Assembly: GCA_051859245.1 (NCBI GenBank)
Contig: JBHYGA010000004.1
Span: 352,001-416,000 of the forward strand
DNA from: Gemmatimonadaceae bacterium
Lineage (GTDB): Bacteria; Gemmatimonadota; Gemmatimonadetes; Gemmatimonadales; Gemmatimonadaceae
DNA: 64,000 nt
Reading direction: 5' to 3'
The translations under genes were made by a program, and so were the position numbers. The stretch's first letter is position 1, and every line of letters begins with the position of its first letter. This document shows, piece after piece, positions 41,367 to 51,110 of the stretch. The notes below the pieces were generated by a model, which was not told the origin of the DNA, did not search any database, and saw only the letters and a list, made by a program, of their open reading frames with translations.

Positions 41367-43139
41367 ATGACCGCAAGACTCGCGGATCGCGAGACAATCG
41401 CCTACGTGGAAGCGCTGCTTTCCCGTCTTACGCTCGAGCAGAAAGTCGGGCAAATGATGCAGCCCGAACGCATGGCCATCACGCCAGACGAAGTGGCGGA
41501 GTACCACATCGGCTCCGTGCTCAGCGGTGGTGGATCGGCGCCGGGTGCGAATACGGCCGCCGACTGGATCGCGATGAACGACGCGTACTGGATGGCGTCC
41601 ATGCGCAACGCACCAGGCCGCGTACCGATTCCGCTGTTATACGGCGTGGATGCGGTACACGGCCACGCCAACGTGCTCGGCGCGACGGTTTTTCCGCACA
41701 ACATCGGGCTTGGCGCCACGCGCGATCCTGACTTGATGGAACGCATCGCGCAGATCACAGCGCGCGAGGTGCTGGCCACCGGTGTGGACTGGACGTTTGC
41801 GCCGACACTCGCCGTGGCCAAGCACATCTACTGGGGGCGCACGTACGAGAGTTTTTCGGATGATCCGGCACTTGTGTCGTCGTATGCCGGCGCGCTCGTG
41901 CGCGGACTGCAGCAGGGTTTCGGTCGCGATGGTGTTGTAGCGTGCGCCAAGCACTGGGTTGGTGACGGCGGTACGACCAACGGCCGCGACCAGGGCAACA
42001 CTGCGATCTCCGAAGAGGAACTGGAGCGCACGCACATGTCGCCCTATTTGCCAGCGCTGAAAGAAGGAGTCCTCACGGTGATGGCGTCGTTCAACAGCTG
42101 GAACGGCGTAAAATGTCACGGCAATCGCTACCTGCTCACCGAGGTTCTCAAGGAGCGCCTGGGCTTTGACGGGTTTGTGATTTCCGACTGGGACGGTGTG
42201 GACTACTTGTCGGATGATCCCGCAGAAGCCGTGGCGATGGCGGCAAACGCTGGCGTTGACATGTTCATGGTCTCAGTCGAGTGGAAGCGCTGTCTGGCAC
42301 ACTTGCTGGAGCACGCGCGGTCGGGTGTTGTGCCCATGTCGCGCATTGATGATGCCGTGCGCCGCATTCTCACCGTGAAGCATCGCTACGGATTGTTCGA
42401 TCGACCGCGTCCCGCGGAGCGGTATTGGTCGACGGAGCCGTGTCTTGGCGCCGCCGAACATCGCGAGGTGGCGCGTGAAGCGGTTCGCAAATCGCTAGTG
42501 CTACTGCAGAACAACAACGGAGTACTGCCGCTGGATCGTTCGGCGCGCATTCTCGTGGCGGGCAAGAACGCGGACAACCGCGGGCGTCAATGCGGTGGCT
42601 TTACCGTGGCGTGGCAGGGCACGAGTGGCAACGAACAGATCGTCGGTGGTACCTCAATCTGGGAAGGCATCAAGCAAGTTGCGCCGCATGCGCACCTCAG
42701 CGTGGATGGCAGCGCGGCCAATGCCGCAGCGCACGATGTGGCCATCGTGGTGATCGGCGAACGGCCGTACGCGGAAGGCATGGGCGACATTCGTCCGCCC
42801 GGTACCGTCGCCCCAGGCTCAAGCCCTGAAGGGCGCACGGCCAAACTTGATGCGTATGGTCAAACCATTGAGCACGCCGTCTCGCATCCCGAAGATCTGG
42901 CCACGATTCGTGCCATTACGCGTCAGGGCATACCGGTGATTGCGGTGCTCGTATCTGGTCGCCCTCTCATTGTAGATGCCGAGCTGTCAGAGACGTCGGC
43001 GTTTGTGGCCGCGTGGTTGCCCGGCTCAGAAGGTCAGGGAGTGGCTGATGTGTTGTTTGGTGATCATCCGTTCACCGGCGTGCTGCCGTTTGCGTGGCCG
43101 CATATTTCGACGCGTTGGCCGCGTGGTTACGGGCTGTAG
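41367..43139 (+). CDS. GH3 exo-beta-glucanase/beta-glucosidase, no signal peptide
   Basis: GSVLSGGGS, DAVHGH, FPHNIGLGA, WGRTYES, KHWVGDGGT, ISDW, GERPYAEG.GD, AAWLPGSEG. Confidence 0.93.
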   Translation: MTARLADRETIAYVEALLSRLTLEQKVGQMMQPERMAITPDEVAEYHIGSVLSGGGSAPGANTAADWIAMNDAYWMASMRNAPGRVPIPLLYGVDAVHGHANVLGATVFPHNIGLGATRDPDLMERIAQITAREVLATGVDWTFAPTLAVAKHIYWGRTYESFSDDPALVSSYAGALVRGLQQGFGRDGVVACAKHWVGDGGTTNGRDQGNTAISEEELERTHMSPYLPALKEGVLTVMASFNSWNGVKCHGNRYLLTEVLKERLGFDGFVISDWDGVDYLSDDPAEAVAMAANAGVDMFMVSVEWKRCLAHLLEHARSGVVPMSRIDDAVRRILTVKHRYGLFDRPRPAERYWSTEPCLGAAEHREVAREAVRKSLVLLQNNNGVLPLDRSARILVAGKNADNRGRQCGGFTVAWQGTSGNEQIVGGTSIWEGIKQVAPHAHLSVDGSAANAAAHDVAIVVIGERPYAEGMGDIRPPGTVAPGSSPEGRTAKLDAYGQTIEHAVSHPEDLATIRAITRQGIPVIAVLVSGRPLIVDAELSETSAFVAAWLPGSEGQGVADVLFGDHPFTGVLPFAWPHISTRWPRGYGL

Positions 43140-43214
43140 CACACAGCGTGTGTAGCATCCGAACCCACATTACGACCGAACAACGTCGGGAACACATACC
43201 GTTGCAGTGATCAC

Positions 43215-43240
43215 GAGGGGACCGCACACGCGGTCCCCTC
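43215..43240. terminator. GC hairpin between convergent operons
   Basis: GAGGGGACCGC-ACAC-GCGGTCCCCTC, 11-bp perfect stem; no clear U-tract. Confidence 0.55.
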
Positions 43241-43253
43241 ACTGCGTTTCGCA

Positions 43254-44804
43254 CTATGTCGCCAACGCCGGTCCAGGATTGCCACGTCGTGCTTCGAGCT
43301 GCTCTCGCACTTCGCGCGCTCGTGCTTCGGTGATCGGATACGTTGCGACGGCCCAGATGGCGAGGCCCGACGTCACCATGGGTATGACGGCATCACACAA
43401 CCGCATCAGGAAGATCGTGTTTTCGGTTTGCGTACCGCCGAGCGAGACATCAAAACCGGTCGCGTTCAGCAGATAGCCGCCGGCCGCGAGCGCTGCGGCC
43501 ATGCCAAGCTTTACCACCCACCAGAAGATCGAGCCGAACATTCCTTCGCGCCGCTGATAGGTCTCCACTTCATCAGCGTCTACAACATCGGCAATCATTG
43601 ATCCCATGAGCGTGAACAATCCGCCAAGCCCAAACGCCATCAGTGGCACCGGCAGCATCAGCAACATCGGATACTTCGGATTATAGCAGAACCACTTGAG
43701 ACCGTAGCCAAGAATGGAAAGGCCTGTGCTCACAAAGAATGCTTTGCGTTTGCCGATTCTTGTGCTGAGCCAGGTAATGAAAAAAATGACGCCGAACGTT
43801 GAGGCCGCGCCGAGCGTACCGGCGTATCCAGCGTAGCGCGCACCCAACTCCTGATCGCCGCCAAACACGTAGTAGATGATCACGTACGTCTGAAACGACG
43901 AGATCATGATGAAGCCATTGAACACGAGGAATGTGGCCACGCACAACTTGATGAACGGCTTTGAGCGCAGCGTAGTGGCAAAGCCCTTGCCGAACTCTTT
44001 CATGTTCCGGCCAAACGCGGCGAAGCGGGATTCGCGCTTGGTCGGCACGTTGGGGTCTGCCGACGCCATCACAAATCGCTCGCGCAGGAAGATTGCGGGA
44101 ATGACTCCGATCATGATCGTGGCGACACCGATACCGATGGCCAGGCCTTTGGCACCGGCGATCTGATTGGGAAACCACGGTTTGTACGTCATGATCCAGA
44201 GAAACCATGGCGACACCAGATACGCGAGCTGACCAATGAAATTCTGCACGCCCATCAGGCGCGTGCGCTCGTGATAGTCGGGTGTGAGTTCGTAACCCAG
44301 CGCAACCCATGGCGTTGCGTAGACTGTGTACGCCAGGTAAAAAATGTTCGAGCCGGTCAAAAAGAACCAGAAATAGAACGACTCACTTCTTCCGCCAGGC
44401 AGCTGCCACAACAGGGCGAAGATGATACCAGACGCAATGGCCCCGGCGAAGATGTACGGGCGACGCCTTCCCCAACGCGACGATGTGTTATCCGAGATGT
44501 AACCCATCATCGGATCAGTGAGCGCGTCGAGAATCCGCGGAAGCGCACCGAGCAAGCCCACCAATGCGGGATTCATGCCCAGTCCGAGATTGAGCACGAT
44601 GACCATGCCACCAATAGCGGCCGCGAGCAGGTTGTTTACGAACGCACCCGACCCGTAGGCGAGCTTTCGCGCAAACGAGATGCGATCCGCCGCGGCGGTC
44701 GAGTACTGCGCGGTGAACCCAGTGTGCCCCGAATCGTCGATGCGCGCGTGCCACGCGGCAATGGCAAGCTTCCAGAGGTTGCGCCCGCGCGAAGCGATAC
44801 TCAT
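43254..44804 (-). CDS. GPH-family (MFS) glycoside:cation symporter
   Basis: KLAYG.G, DALTDPMMGYISD.T.SRWGRRRPY, ELTPDYHERT, MIADVVD...RREG. Confidence 0.92.
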   Translation of the reverse strand: MSIASRGRNLWKLAIAAWHARIDDSGHTGFTAQYSTAAADRISFARKLAYGSGAFVNNLLAAAIGGMVIVLNLGLGMNPALVGLLGALPRILDALTDPMMGYISDNTSSRWGRRRPYIFAGAIASGIIFALLWQLPGGRSESFYFWFFLTGSNIFYLAYTVYATPWVALGYELTPDYHERTRLMGVQNFIGQLAYLVSPWFLWIMTYKPWFPNQIAGAKGLAIGIGVATIMIGVIPAIFLRERFVMASADPNVPTKRESRFAAFGRNMKEFGKGFATTLRSKPFIKLCVATFLVFNGFIMISSFQTYVIIYYVFGGDQELGARYAGYAGTLGAASTFGVIFFITWLSTRIGKRKAFFVSTGLSILGYGLKWFCYNPKYPMLLMLPVPLMAFGLGGLFTLMGSMIADVVDADEVETYQRREGMFGSIFWWVVKLGMAAALAAGGYLLNATGFDVSLGGTQTENTIFLMRLCDAVIPMVTSGLAIWAVATYPITEARAREVREQLEARRGNPGPALAT

Positions 44805-45592
44805 GGTACGGTCTCGTACACCCGCACCCAGTCCACCAACATGGTTTGCGGAAAGCGCGTTTGTGCATCAGGCGCACCCACAAACGTGCCACCAACGGCC
44901 ACGTTGAGAATGATGTAGAACGGATGGTCAAACACCCACTCACCTCGCACATCACCGCGGCGCACGGTGTGGTAGAGTGTGCCGTCGACGAAGAAATCAA
45001 TGCGGGCATCAGACCATTCGATGCTGAACTCATGGAAATCGTCGTCGAAACGCGCCTGCTGTAACTCGTAGCGCCGCGTGATCGCGTTGCCGCCAGAGTA
45101 TCCCGGTCCATGCACACTACCGAGCACAACCCGCGGCTCCTGCCCGCGGTATTCCATCACATCGATTTCACCAGTCTGCGGCCAGCCGACAACATCAATG
45201 TCTGCACCCAACAACCAGAACGCGGGCCAAATGCCCTGACCAACCGGCAACTTGATGCGCGCTGCAATGCGACCGTACTGAAACTCGCGCCGCCCTTTGG
45301 TGGTGATGCGAGCCGATGTATAGGCCCGTCCTTCGAATGATTCCGCACGAGCGGTAATGGCCAGATTGCCGCTGCCATCAAGCGACGCGTTAGCGGCCCG
45401 ATTGGTGTCGTACTCGAGCTGTGCGTTACCCCAATCGGTGCCCACATCGAACTGCCAGTTGGCAGCGCTGGGCAACGTACCGGCCGTGCCTTCAAACTCA
45501 TCTTCCCAAACGAGCGTCCACGACGGACTGGGATCAGTGCACCCGAAGAGCGAAGCGGCAAGCGCCGCGAGTAGTACAGCCTGTCGGGTCAT
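44801..45592 (-). CDS. GH16 endo-beta-1,3-glucanase (laminarinase-type) lipoprotein
   Basis: Lipobox LFGC; LVWEDEF, YTSARI, G.WPAFW, WP..GEIDVME, ILNVAVGG, VDWVRVY. Confidence 0.93.
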   Translation of the reverse strand: MTRQAVLLAALAASLFGCTDPSPSWTLVWEDEFEGTAGTLPSAANWQFDVGTDWGNAQLEYDTNRAANASLDGSGNLAITARAESFEGRAYTSARITTKGRREFQYGRIAARIKLPVGQGIWPAFWLLGADIDVVGWPQTGEIDVMEYRGQEPRVVLGSVHGPGYSGGNAITRRYELQQARFDDDFHEFSIEWSDARIDFFVDGTLYHTVRRGDVRGEWVFDHPFYIILNVAVGGTFVGAPDAQTRFPQTMLVDWVRVYETVP

Positions 45593-45613
45593 GATCGCAG
45601 GGAAGAGGGCGCG

Positions 45614-46864
45614 CTAGCGCGCGCCGATGGTGGGAAAGAGCGACGGATCGTTCAGCGCCGCTTCAAGCACAAGCGTGGCGGCGCCAACAGCAACGCCGAG
45701 TGGGCCGAGTTCACTGTGCCGGATTTCAGACGCGGCAACAGCGCTCACAAACGTCCGACGAAGCACAACTTCACGTAGCGGACCGATCAGTCGGTGACCA
45801 ACGCGCGTCAGCCCACCGCCAATAATGACGGCGGCAGGATTCATCAGGTTGAGCAGCCCCGCGATGGCAATACCGAGGTATTCCGCCGCTTCGCACACCA
45901 CCTGGACCGCGAGCGGATCGTCAGTGATCGCGGCTGATTCGATCGCTTCAATCGTGAGTGACGATGTGCCATGCAGCGATGACGCAGGAAACTCCGGTAA
46001 CAGCGCGCGCGCGCGTTCGACCAAGGCATTCGCACCAACGAATGTGACGAGACATCCCCGGTTGCCGCAGTTGCACACGGCGCCGCGCGGATCAATCGCC
46101 ACGTGACCGATTTCTCCGGCGACGCCGGTAGCTCCGCGCCGCACGCGTCCATCAATCACATGCCCCGACCCAATGCCGGTTGCCACCTTGATGTACGCGA
46201 AGTCATTAAAACCACGGCCCGCTCCCCACCACTGCTCCGCCAACGCGCCAAGGTTCGCGTCATTGTCAATGAAAAGCGGCAGCGCAAACTGCGTTTGCAA
46301 CGCTTCGAACCCGTTGCGTCCACCCCAGTCGGGCATAGCCAGCGGTGAGAGGCGCTCCGGGTGACGCGGATCAACCGGGCTTGGCATGGCGATGCCAATG
46401 CCGAGTAAGCGATTGGGTGCACCGTGCCACTGCGCAATGCAGCGTGCAATCAGCTCGGCCACCAGCGTGCGGGTTCCGGCGGGATCGCGTCGTACAGGCC
46501 ATTCGCGATACTCAGAAGCGAGCACGCGGCCGCGCAGGTTGGTGAGCACTACCGTGATGTGCGTCGCGCCAACGTCCACGCCAATAATGCCGCAGGCATC
46601 ATCCTGAAACTCGAGATTGATCGGTCGTCGTCCGCCGCGCGATTCGCCAATGCCCGCTTCGGACACGAGTTCGGTGGCGATCAGGAATCCCACCAACTCC
46701 GACACGGTGGAGCGCGAGAGATCTTCACGACGCGCGATTTCGGCGCGCGAGATGGTGCGCTCCTTCCAGATCAGTCGCAGTACCGCATCCGCCAACGCGG
46801 ACGGACGCGGTACAACAGTCGGGGCAACACCAACGTCGGCGTCACTCATGATCTGGTCAGTCAT
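45614..46864 (-). CDS. ROK-family transcriptional repressor
   Basis: N-terminal HTH ISRAEIA...LSRSTVS, GGRRP; DNDANLGALAE, GEIGH, CNCGNRGCL. Confidence 0.93.
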   Translation of the reverse strand: MTDQIMSDADVGVAPTVVPRPSALADAVLRLIWKERTISRAEIARREDLSRSTVSELVGFLIATELVSEAGIGESRGGRRPINLEFQDDACGIIGVDVGATHITVVLTNLRGRVLASEYREWPVRRDPAGTRTLVAELIARCIAQWHGAPNRLLGIGIAMPSPVDPRHPERLSPLAMPDWGGRNGFEALQTQFALPLFIDNDANLGALAEQWWGAGRGFNDFAYIKVATGIGSGHVIDGRVRRGATGVAGEIGHVAIDPRGAVCNCGNRGCLVTFVGANALVERARALLPEFPASSLHGTSSLTIEAIESAAITDDPLAVQVVCEAAEYLGIAIAGLLNLMNPAAVIIGGGLTRVGHRLIGPLREVVLRRTFVSAVAASEIRHSELGPLGVAVGAATLVLEAALNDPSLFPTIGAR

Positions 46865-46907
46865 CGTGTCTCCGTTCAGGCACGGAGAGCACGTGCCGAG
46901 GTCCATG

Positions 46908-49328
46908 TCATTTGTGCAAGAGCACGTTGTCGACATAGACCGTATTCGGATCGGCCACCAGGATCAACTGCGCGAGATGGCCCCTGGTGGTGAGTCCGGT
47001 GAACTGCGAGAGCGGTACATCAAGGCGCGTCCACTGCCCGGTGCGGAGCCCTGGCGTGGTCGCGGCCGTGAGCGTGATCTCATGCTCGCGGTCATCACCA
47101 CCACCGAACGCGCCATTCGCGCCAAAGTCCACCAGCTTGATTTTGAACGTTGCCGGCGCTGCGGTGGGATCTGCTGTCCAGATATCCAGCGAGAAGTGCG
47201 TCATGGCCGTGGCATTGATCGGGCTCGACGTGAACTCAATCCCGGCAAACACCAGATTCGTGTACTTCTTCACCGTGTTGCCAGCAATCTGCACGTCTTC
47301 CACATCAGCGTTGTCCCACTGGGCCGACCACGTGTTCACCGTGACGTTGGTGTAGCTGTCGCTGAACAGTGAAATCACATCGGCCGCGGCAAATGTTGGC
47401 GCGGGCGCTGCGGTTGTTGGCGCGGTCGGCACCACGTTGGAATAGAAATACAGGTTGTCGAGGTAGACCGTGTTCGGATCACTCACGAAGATCAGCTGCG
47501 CCAGATGACCGCGTGTGACCAGCCCGGTGAACGCACTGAGCGGAATGTCCAGACTCGTCCACTCGCCCGTGCGGATACCAGGCGTGGACGCGGCGTCGAG
47601 CGTGAGTTCATGCTCAACATCATCGCCGCCACCGAACGCACCGTTGGCGCCAAAGTCCACCAGCTTGATCTTGAAGATCGCGGGCAACGCAGTGGCATCG
47701 GGGGTCCAGAAGTCCACATGGAAACCCGTCATCGCGGTGGCGTTGACTGTTGGTGCCGTGAACTCGATGCCGGCGAAGGTGAAGTTTGTGTATTTCTTGA
47801 CGTTGTTGCCGGCGATCTGCACGTCTTCAAGATCGGCGTCGTCCCACGGCGCTGACCACGTGGACACCGGCACGTTGGTGTACGTGTCGCTGAAGAGCGA
47901 GATCACACTCGACGCCGGACGTGTGGGAGCCGGCGCGGCGGTGGTTGGAACAGACACCGGTGGTGGCGGCGCCTTGTAGAAATACAGATTATCGAGATAC
48001 AGCGTGGAGCTGGAACTCGTAATGATCATTTGCGCGAGGTTGCCGCGCGCGTTGAGGCCCGTGAACGAGGAGAGCGGAATCTCCACCGTGCTCCACGCGT
48101 TGGCCGTGAGCCCCGACGACACCGTCACTTCATGTTCGCTGTCGTCACCGCCGCCAAACACACCGTTCGCACCGAAGTTGACGAGCTTGACGCGGAACGA
48201 GGAGGTGTTGCGAAGGAAGACATTGAGATGCAGATGCGTCATCGCCGCTGCGTTGACGGTCCGCGTGATGAACTCGATGCCAGCGAACGAGAGATTCGCG
48301 TATTTCTTGGTGTCGTTGCCCGCGATCTGGACATCGGACACATCGGCCATGTCCCAGTCGGCCGACCATTTATCGACGGGCACGTTGGTGTACGCGTTGC
48401 TGAACAGCGAGACGACATCGGCCGCCACGCGTGTTGGTGTGGGCGCCGCCGTGGTTGGCGGGCTGAGCGCGTTGATTGTGACGGCACCCGCGGCCGCTGT
48501 TTCGCCGAGCGCCGCGCTCACCGTGGCGGAGCCCGGTCCGACTACCGAAATGGCGCCGGTTGGTGTTACCGCTGCAACGGCCGCATTTGATGAGCGAAAG
48601 GTGAAATACGCGGCGGCCGCTTCGACCACCACGTCACGCCCGTCCACATCGAAGGTGACCGTGGTGCCGGTCACATCGACTGTGGCGCCGACTTCGCCGC
48701 TGAGTGTGGCCGACGCGATGGCGGGTCGGGTGTTGCGAATCGTGCCCAGTGTCTCAAAACGGATTTCATCAATCCAGAGATCGTACCCCACGCCGTTCTC
48801 CGGCCCCTCGGCAAAGAAGAACATGCCGCGCTCTTCCATGAGTTTGCTGGCCAGTGGAAGTGGAATCACCACTTTTTGCCAGGAGGTTGTGAGCGGAATA
48901 CCGCCGCGCTGGGCGGTAAAGCGCGATTCGCCGGTGTTATCGTTGGCGAAGCCGGCCACGTCGAGCGTGGCACTGCGGCTGGCCCGCGCGTAGAACGTGA
49001 GCGCGTCATAGGCACTCAGGTCGCGCGCCACGTTGGCGACGAAGGCACCGCCGGCGTACGAACCGGCCGGATCGCCTACCGATGGAATCGTGATTTTGAG
49101 CGCCGATGTGCCGCGGAACTTGACGCCGGGATCGATCGCGACCGCGTCCACCTTGGAGCCGGCGAACGCCTGGAATGAGACGCCTGCTGCGTATCCGTCG
49201 CCGAAGATATCCGGTTCGCTTGGGAAGGGCGCAAGATCGAGTGAACTGATATCGCGGCTGCAGGCGGCGAGGATCAGCGACACCCCAACCAACGCGAGAA
49301 CGTGGCGTGAGGACGATCGCGGGTGCAT
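46908..49328 (-). CDS. Surface glycan-binding-like lipoprotein with three tandem ~170-aa repeats
   Basis: Lipobox LAAC; Ig-like linker; 3 x PTTAAP.PT....V.SLFS..YTNV....WSA.WD...KLV.FGANG.FGGGDD.EHE. Confidence 0.8.
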   Translation of the reverse strand: MHPRSSSRHVLALVGVSLILAACSRDISSLDLAPFPSEPDIFGDGYAAGVSFQAFAGSKVDAVAIDPGVKFRGTSALKITIPSVGDPAGSYAGGAFVANVARDLSAYDALTFYARASRSATLDVAGFANDNTGESRFTAQRGGIPLTTSWQKVVIPLPLASKLMEERGMFFFAEGPENGVGYDLWIDEIRFETLGTIRNTRPAIASATLSGEVGATVDVTGTTVTFDVDGRDVVVEAAAAYFTFRSSNAAVAAVTPTGAISVVGPGSATVSAALGETAAAGAVTINALSPPTTAAPTPTRVAADVVSLFSNAYTNVPVDKWSADWDMADVSDVQIAGNDTKKYANLSFAGIEFITRTVNAAAMTHLHLNVFLRNTSSFRVKLVNFGANGVFGGGDDSEHEVTVSSGLTANAWSTVEIPLSSFTGLNARGNLAQMIITSSSSTLYLDNLYFYKAPPPPVSVPTTAAPAPTRPASSVISLFSDTYTNVPVSTWSAPWDDADLEDVQIAGNNVKKYTNFTFAGIEFTAPTVNATAMTGFHVDFWTPDATALPAIFKIKLVDFGANGAFGGGDDVEHELTLDAASTPGIRTGEWTSLDIPLSAFTGLVTRGHLAQLIFVSDPNTVYLDNLYFYSNVVPTAPTTAAPAPTFAAADVISLFSDSYTNVTVNTWSAQWDNADVEDVQIAGNTVKKYTNLVFAGIEFTSSPINATAMTHFSLDIWTADPTAAPATFKIKLVDFGANGAFGGGDDREHEITLTAATTPGLRTGQWTRLDVPLSQFTGLTTRGHLAQLILVADPNTVYVDNVLLHK

Positions 49329-49395
49329 CTGCGTGCTCCGAGGAGGGGGCGGAGGTCCGCATCCACGAGCGACCGGGCAGGCGCTGGCAGACGGG

Positions 49396-49445
49396 CTTTG
49401 TTTGGCTAGCGAACAAAGTATGCGGCTCAAGGCGGACGCTGTCAA
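49396..49445 (-). promoter_or_regulatory. Promoter with ROK-type operator (right arm of glycan locus)
   Basis: Minus strand TTGACA-N17-CATACT; inverted repeat CTTTGTTTGGCTAGCGAACAAAG at 49396-49418. Confidence 0.78.
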
Positions 49446-49597
49446 GAACGAGTCGGGTGCGAAGAGACGGAAATTGCCCTCGCCTCACGCGGAGGCACCC
49501 GTCATACTTCCCCACGACCCGATGGCGTGTGCCATCGCGTTCCGGCACCGACGGACGAACTGTTCGCTGTCGACCGACGTCCCTCCACTCCCGCGCT

Positions 49598-50305
49598 GTG
49601 TCGCCCTCGTCCAAAACTGTCCGTCCCGTGTCGCGCGCTGCCGCGAAGAACGCTGTCGACGTTGCCCGTCCCTTCGAAGTGCGCCGCTCGCGAATTCAAG
49701 GTCGTGGTGTGTTCGCCACGCAGCAGATTCGCAAAGGCAAGAAGATCATTGAGTATGTGGGTCAGCCGATCACGCATGAAGAAGCGGATCGACGCTACGA
49801 TGATGCAGAAGGTCGCCATCATACGTTTCTGTTCGTGTTGAACGACGACACTGTGCTTGATGCGCGCTACGGCGGAAACGATGCGCGATTTCTGAACCAT
49901 TCCTGCGATCCGAACTGCGAGACGGAAATCGACAACGACCGGATCTGGATCAAGTCGATCAAGCCCATCGCTCCCGAAACAGAGCTGGTGTACGACTATC
50001 GTTTCGAATGGGACGATGCCTACGAGCCGGAAGACGTGCGCTATTACGCGTGTCGTTGCGGCAGTGCGAAGTGTCGAGGCACGATTTTGCGCGTGCCCGT
50101 GTACCTGCGGAAAACGGTGCGTGAATGGTTGGCGGGCAACGATGTGCCCAAGCCACGCAAGCCGCGCAAGAAAGTGGCGAAGAAAGTGGCGAAGAAGGTG
50201 ACGAAGAAGGCCACTCGCAAGGTTGGAAAAACGGGTGCGAAAAAAGCGGTCCGGAAAACCACTCGCAAAGCCGCGAAAAAAACCACGAAGAAAAACGCGA
50301 CGTGA
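49598..50305 (+). CDS. SET-domain lysine methyltransferase with post-SET domain and Lys-rich tail
   Basis: IQGRGVFA, IIEYVG, ARFLNHSCDPNC, ELVYDY, CRCGSAKCRG; tail KKVAKKVAKKVTKK; start approximate. Confidence 0.92.
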   Translation: MSPSSKTVRPVSRAAAKNAVDVARPFEVRRSRIQGRGVFATQQIRKGKKIIEYVGQPITHEEADRRYDDAEGRHHTFLFVLNDDTVLDARYGGNDARFLNHSCDPNCETEIDNDRIWIKSIKPIAPETELVYDYRFEWDDAYEPEDVRYYACRCGSAKCRGTILRVPVYLRKTVREWLAGNDVPKPRKPRKKVAKKVAKKVTKKATRKVGKTGAKKAVRKTTRKAAKKTTKKNAT

Positions 50306-50865
50306 TGCACACACCGGGCTCGGATGTCGGCAAGGTCTCAAGCACGCGCATGTACACTGGGCGCGTGATTTCGCTAGATGTTGACGAAGTCCGCTTTCCT
50401 GATGGCTCAATAGGCTCGCTGGAAATGATTCGGCATCCGGGAGCCAGCGCGATCGTGCCACTCATTGGTGCGCCCGACGATCCGGACCCGGAGCTCGTGC
50501 TGATCCGACAGTATCGGTATGCCGCCGAGCAGTATTTGTATGAAATACCGGCCGGCCGGCTGGATCCGGGCGAAACGCCAACGGATTGTGCGTCGCGCGA
50601 GTTGCTGGAAGAGACCGGGTACACGGCGGAGCGGGTCATTCCGCTCTTCACGATGTTTACGACCCCCGGGTTCACCGACGAGAAGATCCATCTCTTTCTC
50701 GCGACCGGCCTCACCGCCGGCCAGCACCAGCGTGAAGCCGATGAGTTTCTCGAGCTCGTGCCGACGAAGCTCTCTCACGCCCTGCGTATGATCGAGCAAG
50801 GCGAGATACAGGACGCGAAAACGGCCCTCGCACTGCTGTATACCTCGGCGTTCAAGCGGGGCTGA
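50305..50865 (+). CDS. NUDIX hydrolase (ADP-ribose pyrophosphatase-like)
   Basis: RQYRY, EIPAGRLDPGE....CASRELLEETG (Nudix box), TPGFTDE, IQDAKT. Confidence 0.93.
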   Translation: MHTPGSDVGKVSSTRMYTGRVISLDVDEVRFPDGSIGSLEMIRHPGASAIVPLIGAPDDPDPELVLIRQYRYAAEQYLYEIPAGRLDPGETPTDCASRELLEETGYTAERVIPLFTMFTTPGFTDEKIHLFLATGLTAGQHQREADEFLELVPTKLSHALRMIEQGEIQDAKTALALLYTSAFKRG

Positions 50866-51110
50866 CAAGCGTCTGCCAACTCGGCGGCAACCCGCCCAGG
50901 AGACAGGGTGTCCTATTTCCGAGAACCGAATTCAGGACACTGTGGCAGAACGACACATCCGTCAAAATGACCGACAAACGCGTATGTTCAAGCGAATCAT
51001 AGTGTTGCGGTTGTGACACATATCGCGGCAAACGCGGCACGCCACGTGCACTGTAAGAGTTCCAACGCCACGCCTCCACGGCTCGGCGACACTCGAACAG
51101 GAGAACCACC

